From the NCBI GenBank assembly GCA_965222605.1, contig OZ244960.1, positions 5,664,001-5,728,000 of the forward strand: a stretch of DNA of 64,000 nt, read 5' to 3'. Shown piece by piece: positions 58,918 through 64,000 of this stretch. The translations under genes were made by a program, and so were the position numbers. Numbering within the stretch: the stretch's first letter is position 1; each line of letters opens with the position of its first letter. The stretch comes from Candidatus Latescibacterota bacterium (lineage in GTDB: Bacteria > Latescibacterota > UBA2968). The notes under the pieces were generated by a model. The model was not told where the DNA came from. It saw only the letters and a program-made list of their open reading frames with translations, and searched no databases.

Positions 58918-59445
58918 CTAAAGATTGTCTGGGTTGTCCGCATCTAATGCCCATTTTAAGGGATTGTTTCGGATGTACACCCGGATGTTGTCCAAAGATT
59001 CTTCGTCCCGGATGATGTGGTCGTAAAATGAACGTTGCCAGCGAAACAATTCGGATCGCGATGTTTCATTGATACGACGGGATGAGAAGGTTTTGAAGCC
59101 GCGTATAAATTCGGATATACCATGGCGTCTGGTAGAGACAGGTTTCAAACCTGTCTCTACACCATCATCATTTGTCCCTACCTTATTATTTTTTATGAAC
59201 AAAATACCGTGTATATGGTTTGGCATAATTACCCATTCATCCAATGAAAGATTGAAGTAATGGTTAGGCAAATCTAACCAGCATTGGCGAACAATTTTCC
59301 CATATCTGTTTAATTTCATCTGTCCACTGTTTATATCTCCAAAATAACGCATTCTATTTTGCGTACAAATCGTGACAAAATAATATCCCGCCTGTGAATA
59401 ATCGTAATTCTGTAATCGGTTCGGTTTTCTATTTCGGTTATTCAT
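58918..59445 (-). CDS. REP-associated tyrosine transposase (RAYT, IS200-like Y1 HUH)
   Basis: YDYSQAGYYFVTIC, IMPNHIHGI (HUH), WQRSFYDHIIR, YIRNNP..W. Confidence 0.9.
   Translation of the reverse strand: MNNRNRKPNRLQNYDYSQAGYYFVTICTQNRMRYFGDINSGQMKLNRYGKIVRQCWLDLPNHYFNLSLDEWVIMPNHIHGILFIKNNKVGTNDDGVETGLKPVSTRRHGISEFIRGFKTFSSRRINETSRSELFRWQRSFYDHIIRDEESLDNIRVYIRNNPLKWALDADNPDNL
59132..59160. repeat. REP-like perfect palindrome GTAGAGACAGGTTTCAAACCTGTCTCTAC inside the RAYT ORF
   Basis: 14-bp arms; translated in frame as VETGLKPVST. Confidence 0.88.
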
Positions 59446-59452
59446 TATCGTC

Positions 59453-59535
59453 CTACAAACTCAATCCTTCATCTTTTGTCCAACTGCAAAAGTAGCGGCT
59501 CCGTCGCATCTTCGCTCGGCAATGCTATCCGACAG
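59453..59535 (-). pseudogene. degenerate copy of the methylase 3' end
   Basis: LSDSIAE...WTKDEGLSL* versus LPDGIAE...WAKGEGLSFW; shares CTCAATCCTTCA exactly with 60111-60122. Confidence 0.7.
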
Positions 59536-59546
59536 CCATTGCTATA

Positions 59547-59951
59547 TCACAGTATTGTCACGCGAACCGTTGCAAATTCTTTGATCTTGCTAAAGTCTCT
59601 CTTGTTGTAGGTCATCAGTTCCGTACAGTGTGATTCCGCAATCGCCGTATGAATACAATCATTGATGTTTCTGAACCCGACACGATTAGCCATATCAAAC
59701 GCCCTTCGCAGAGTTTCTATGTCATAAGCGAGAGGCTCCAATTGCATGACTTCATTGTAAATGCTGTGGATAACCTCATCTTCAATGCCCAACTTTGCAA
59801 GAACAAATAACAATTCCTGAACAGTAAGGGTTGAAATGACCGCAATGTCATTGTCATTCGCTTGCCTGATGAGTTGATTGGCTTGTTGATTTTTCTCAAC
59901 ATCCTGAACGACATAGGCATTGACCAAGACATCTGTGTCGATGTAGATCAC
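59547..59951 (-). CDS. VapC-like PIN-domain toxin
   Basis: IYIDTDVLV, STLTVQE, NDCIH.AIA, TYNKRDF; GTGA overlap with the methylase stop. Confidence 0.88.
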   Translation of the reverse strand: MIYIDTDVLVNAYVVQDVEKNQQANQLIRQANDNDIAVISTLTVQELLFVLAKLGIEDEVIHSIYNEVMQLEPLAYDIETLRRAFDMANRVGFRNINDCIHTAIAESHCTELMTYNKRDFSKIKEFATVRVTIL

Positions 59952-62203
59952 CCTTCAAGCTCCATTTCCATATCGTTCATTTCGTCGGCCAGGCGGGAGA
60001 TGTCGATATCAGGATCGACATAGAGCCTCCGGTTGCTATTGTTGTTGACAATGTTCTCCCATGCCTTGCGCCGTTTGTTGTCAAGCCTATCTTCCCCATT
60101 TTTCCAAAAGCTCAATCCTTCACCCTTCGCCCACTCAATAAACGCCTCTGCTATCCCATCTGGCAATTCTTCATCGTGGTTATGCAAATCGTGGTCAACG
60201 ATCAGATGGCCGTTTCTGTCCAACTTGTCCTGTCCGATCTCATTTTTGAAATAGACATAATCGCCAGAGTTATCCTTACCACCTTTTTCGCTCACGGCAA
60301 AGAAGATGGGGTAGTCATCCACTTTGGGGCAAAGCGGCCCTTTTTTTGGATCATCATTCCACTTTTGCAGAAATAACACGCTGGTTTTAGTGCCTGTATG
60401 TGGCTTAAAGGTATTGCCATGTAGCCCAACTACAGCCAGGATGCGGGCCTGATCTGTGACAAATGCGCGAATATGCTTATCTGTTGTGTTGTTGAATCTG
60501 CCCTGCGGTAGCACAATCGCCATGCGCCCACCGGGCTTTAGAAAGTCCAGATTGCGCTCAATAAATAGGATATCGCGCCCGACTTTGCTTTGCGCCTTGC
60601 CGTTTGCCTTAAAGCCAAGTTCGTATTGATGCAAAAGGCGACTTTCCTTGATGTCTCCGGCAAAGGGTGGATTTGCCATCAGAATATCAAAATTAAACCG
60701 CTTGTTTTGGCCTCTTCTGGCTCTCAATTTTTCTAATCGTCTAAAACCATCGCGATAAGTGTCTCGCCATTTTACATCTTTCTCGGTCCTGTCGCTCCAG
60801 CGTTCAAAATCCAGCGTGTTCAGGTGCAAAACATTGGTTTCGCCATCTCCGGCGATCAGGTTCAGCGTGCGAGCAACGCGGACGGTTTTTTCGTCAAAGT
60901 CTATGCCGAACACTTTTAAGATATTTTCTCTTTCCTCAGCCTTTATCTCAGCATTGCCGAACAGATGTCCCGTGAGTTTGAAGATGGTATGCACCGGAAA
61001 ACCACAACTGCCGGAAGCAGTATCAATCATGTATTCACCGGGTTGAGGGTTGAGCATTTGTACGCACATATCAATGACATGACGAGGCGTAAAGTACTGT
61101 CCTTTTTCGCCTTTGGCGGATTTGTTGACCAGATATTCAAATGCTTCATCCACGATCAGCAGGTTGGAGTTAAATAGTTTGACGTCCTGCAAGCTGGACA
61201 CGCAGACGGATAGATGGCTGTCAGAGAGTTCAAATGTCGATTCTTCGGGAAAAACGCCCTGCCATTTATTTTTAGCCTGATCAAAAAGGCTTTGTATTTT
61301 CTCTTTCAGTTCCGTATCAGTCTGTCCTGTATTCCTGAACTCCATTAGTCTGAACCCTTCATCAGAGACCCCATTAACCGCCGCTTTAAGAGCTTCATAA
61401 TCCTGTCCGTCGAGGTAGTCTGGTCGCTTAGGTTCATGTACAGCCGTTTTTATAACCTGTCGCATAAAATAGTTGATAACTTCTTTGTCTGGCTGGCTAA
61501 GAAATTCATCATAGAGCTTGGTAAATATGAGCTTGAAAACCTCCTCGAATACATCGACCCCGGCATTTGCCAGAACTTCATCCTCCATTTCCAGAATAAT
61601 GTCTTTCAAGGATTTCCGCTCATTGGCGATTTTGTCTTTGATGATCAGGTCTTTCAGCGTAAAGTTTTCGCTGAGTATATCTTCAAGACTCTGTTTGCTG
61701 TTGGGAATATCGGTGATGTCTTCAAAGTAATTGGGATCTTTGCGGTGGTAATGGGAGATCTGCTCGCCATTCGTCCATACGCCAATCGGTGCGCCTGTGG
61801 CGTTGCAATAGGATCGGAGCTGGTTTTTGCCGTCTTTGAGCTTGGGCTTTTTTAATTCAACAATGATATAGGCGGTATCAAAACGGTCTTTGTCGAAGAT
61901 GACAATATCGGCCTTTTTCTTTTCCCTCCCAAAGTTGACCGGATGTTCAAAGCCCAATCGGTTTTTGGGATATCCATACTGATTGATAAGTCTTGTAGCA
62001 TAAAGCTGGCGGACAATCTCTTCGGGTTTTAGCTGGATATCCTTATCCCGCACAATGCACTTCACATGCGGGTTTTCTTTGCCACGGACAGTTTTGAGGA
62101 AAAATTTGGCACGCAGATCGTCAATTTCATCTTCCGAGAACAAGGCAAGATGATAATTGCTGTCTTTGAGTATCGCCTGGATAATGTCCGATTGTTGTGT
62201 CAT
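59948..62203 (-). CDS. restriction endonuclease-N6-adenine methyltransferase fusion (HSDR_N_2 + N6_Mtase, type IIB/IIG-like)
   Basis: PEEIVRQ, ADIVIF, VELK, WTNG; GQYFTPRH, DTASGSCGF, ANPPF, LKPGGRMAIVLP. Confidence 0.9.
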   Translation of the reverse strand: MTQQSDIIQAILKDSNYHLALFSEDEIDDLRAKFFLKTVRGKENPHVKCIVRDKDIQLKPEEIVRQLYATRLINQYGYPKNRLGFEHPVNFGREKKKADIVIFDKDRFDTAYIIVELKKPKLKDGKNQLRSYCNATGAPIGVWTNGEQISHYHRKDPNYFEDITDIPNSKQSLEDILSENFTLKDLIIKDKIANERKSLKDIILEMEDEVLANAGVDVFEEVFKLIFTKLYDEFLSQPDKEVINYFMRQVIKTAVHEPKRPDYLDGQDYEALKAAVNGVSDEGFRLMEFRNTGQTDTELKEKIQSLFDQAKNKWQGVFPEESTFELSDSHLSVCVSSLQDVKLFNSNLLIVDEAFEYLVNKSAKGEKGQYFTPRHVIDMCVQMLNPQPGEYMIDTASGSCGFPVHTIFKLTGHLFGNAEIKAEERENILKVFGIDFDEKTVRVARTLNLIAGDGETNVLHLNTLDFERWSDRTEKDVKWRDTYRDGFRRLEKLRARRGQNKRFNFDILMANPPFAGDIKESRLLHQYELGFKANGKAQSKVGRDILFIERNLDFLKPGGRMAIVLPQGRFNNTTDKHIRAFVTDQARILAVVGLHGNTFKPHTGTKTSVLFLQKWNDDPKKGPLCPKVDDYPIFFAVSEKGGKDNSGDYVYFKNEIGQDKLDRNGHLIVDHDLHNHDEELPDGIAEAFIEWAKGEGLSFWKNGEDRLDNKRRKAWENIVNNNSNRRLYVDPDIDISRLADEMNDMEMELEG

Positions 62204-62249
62204 GATTCCTCCGCTATAATATGCTTACGACGCGAGAGCGTTGGGTGCG

Positions 62250-62480
62250 TCACACTGGTTCCCCATCCTCGGAGGAGTAAATGTCTTCTCCCTCCTCCTT
62301 CCAGAAGTCAAATGCACCACTTTGTTCCGCCAGGCGCATGATATCCCATGTTGGCACAGCATCTTCCTGCCTCTGCACGGTAATTTCTTCATAGCGTTGC
62401 GCGAGTTCTACCAGTCGTTCGAGTTCGTTTTGCGGAACCAGCACTTTCTCACCGATGTATTGGATGTGAATTGTTGTCAT
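62250..62480 (-). CDS. small acidic antitoxin-like protein
   Basis: 76 aa, AGGAG RBS, C-terminal SGAFDFWKEEGEDIY typical of small antitoxins. Confidence 0.55.
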   Translation of the reverse strand: MTTIHIQYIGEKVLVPQNELERLVELAQRYEEITVQRQEDAVPTWDIMRLAEQSGAFDFWKEEGEDIYSSEDGEPV

Positions 62481-62515
62481 TTCGGCTCCTGTTCAGGGTT
62501 TTATGTGTTTAATTT

Positions 62516-64000
62516 GTAACTATTTAGGTATGTGAGTAATCAAGGGTATAGTTGTGTTCTTTCAAGACCAGTGCAAGTTCTTTCAAGACAGGGATGCGCT
62601 GTTTTCTCAAGGTTGAGAGGAAGGCTTGGAGGCGTGCATATCTCTTGGCCCCTGCCAAGGTGCGAAAGCATGTGGCGACTTTCTGTTTGACTTTTGCCGG
62701 GCGCAAGTCTCGTTCGGCTTGATTATTGGTGAACGGGACAGCATGGTGAAAGGCAAAGGCCAATACCGCGTCTTGATGTGTGATGAGCCGTTGGAGTAAG
62801 TTATAGGCACGACTACCTTTTGCCCGTCCCTTCTTGCCAGTCTTCTTGACAGGTGGCGGTTCCTTCTTTTGGGCATAAAGGAGCAGACGTTGATAGATTT
62901 GGCGGGCTTTGGGCTGCTTCGCTTCGGGCAGATTGGTTGTGCCTTGCACACTCATGCGATAAAGGGCTAAGAGGAAGCGGTGCATGTGCTTGGCCCATCG
63001 GCTCCCATTCTCATAGGCATCGGTGAGTTCGCGCAGGAGATGTGCACCGCAAAGACTATGGCGACAAGGCCAAGAGGTGAAATAGCTCGCATAGCTATCG
63101 TGGACGGCCCAACCGGGGAAGGTGTTAAGCACCGAATCGGCTCCTTGCAACGCCTCACGTCCCCGTTTTTGATGCACGAACAAATGTGTCTCGTGTCCTG
63201 TGCTTGAGACATGCAGCCAGTGCAGGCGGCCTGCTACCCTCAGTCCGGTCTCATCAAAATGCGCCACCGGACTTGCCATCAGCCGTTTCTTAATCACCGA
63301 TTCGGTCTTTTCTAAGCCCCGATAGGCCAAGTCCAAGGCATCCTGTTGCGTGCTTTCATTGATGCCATGCCCAAACAGGTCTTCAAACAGATGCTTGATT
63401 TTCTTGAACGGAAGCCGATAGTCCACATTGAGCAGACAGGATAAGGCACGAACACGCGACCCATATTGCACCGGCGCAGAGATAGGAGGTGGAAAGCGAG
63501 AAGTGTGATAGGCGCCACAGCGCGAACAAGAACACCCAAAGGTCTGATATTCGGTCACCACCATACGAGGCTCTGGCAGATCAAAGCATTGGCGACGCGC
63601 AAGCAGACTTTGGGCAGCGGTGGACAAATCCTGACCGCAAGAACACTTTTCAACCCGCAGGGGAACCACCACATCAGGCGTCTCAACCTGCGACAACGTT
63701 TGACCCTTATGACCGCGCAGACCACCGCGCCGACGCTTCTGACTCGACTTGGGAAAGGCTGGCTTTTTGCGATATCCCTCGCTGGATGGGGGACGATGGC
63801 TATTCTGGCTATCTTGACCTACTTGCCGCTTGAGGCGGGCATTTTCTTCGCGTAATTGCACGTTCTCTTCGCGTAATTGCTCAGTCTCAAGACTTAAGCA
63901 CTCATGCCCTGCTTCCAAGTGCTCAATGCGACTTAATAACTCATCTATGAGGTGATGAAGGCCAACAATATCTTCTGGACGACGCAATTCCACATCCTTT
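62516..64000 (-). mobile_element. IS66-family element (single-ORF type); other end outside the window
   Basis: Terminus GTAACTATTTAGG at 62516 overlaps the transposase stop; IS66 ends begin with GTAA. Confidence 0.75.
62524..63993 (-). CDS. IS66 family transposase
   Basis: Coiled coil, NSHRPPSS, Zn finger, HFDETG, VHD.Y..Y, LCGAHLLREL, FTNNQAERDLR..KVKQK. Confidence 0.95.
   Translation of the reverse strand: MELRRPEDIVGLHHLIDELLSRIEHLEAGHECLSLETEQLREENVQLREENARLKRQVGQDSQNSHRPPSSEGYRKKPAFPKSSQKRRRGGLRGHKGQTLSQVETPDVVVPLRVEKCSCGQDLSTAAQSLLARRQCFDLPEPRMVVTEYQTFGCSCSRCGAYHTSRFPPPISAPVQYGSRVRALSCLLNVDYRLPFKKIKHLFEDLFGHGINESTQQDALDLAYRGLEKTESVIKKRLMASPVAHFDETGLRVAGRLHWLHVSSTGHETHLFVHQKRGREALQGADSVLNTFPGWAVHDSYASYFTSWPCRHSLCGAHLLRELTDAYENGSRWAKHMHRFLLALYRMSVQGTTNLPEAKQPKARQIYQRLLLYAQKKEPPPVKKTGKKGRAKGSRAYNLLQRLITHQDAVLAFAFHHAVPFTNNQAERDLRPAKVKQKVATCFRTLAGAKRYARLQAFLSTLRKQRIPVLKELALVLKEHNYTLDYSHT

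Noticed and set aside
63848-63881. 21-bp-period repeat in the IS66 5' region
   Set aside because: Encodes the ordinary coiled-coil heptads (QLREEN) of IS66 transposases
1-64000. CRISPR array, tRNA or rRNA genes, integron integrase/attC sites
   Set aside because: No regularly spaced repeats, RNA-gene signatures or tyrosine recombinase recognised by eye; tRNAscan, Infernal and IntegronFinder would be needed to exclude them formally

Overview
Bacterial genomic DNA of about 50% GC by eye. The gene repertoire (three DUF3604-like metallohydrolases, a sulfatase, a PhyH dioxygenase, a DUF6785-type membrane protein, several Gfo/Idh/MocA and TIM-barrel sugar enzymes) resembles uncultured Latescibacterota/Poribacteria-like heterotrophs; this taxonomy is inference only. 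Housekeeping and catabolic genes (uppP, ogt, dxs, glpK, purC, lpxH-like, UvrD helicase, SLT transglycosylase) are interrupted by accessory patches: BrnT/CopG and RelE/HigA toxin-antitoxin pairs, a 5-kb PIN/ABC-ATPase island (30.5-35.6 kb), a two-gene restriction-modification locus split by PIN, RAYT and DUF4145 cargo (56.6-62.2 kb), a complete IS701/ISAba11-like element with TIRs and an 8-bp TSD, and an IS66 cut by the window edge. The most striking unexplained structure occurs at two loci, where cargo genes follow a host gene and are followed by diverged copies of that gene's own 3' end: a 206-bp copy at 12.2/13.1 kb, and two or three short copies of the methylase tail at 58-60 kb. This suggests integrase-free, gene-end-anchored cassette accretion. 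No rRNA, tRNA or CRISPR array was recognised. Family assignments come from motif recognition by eye, not database searches.
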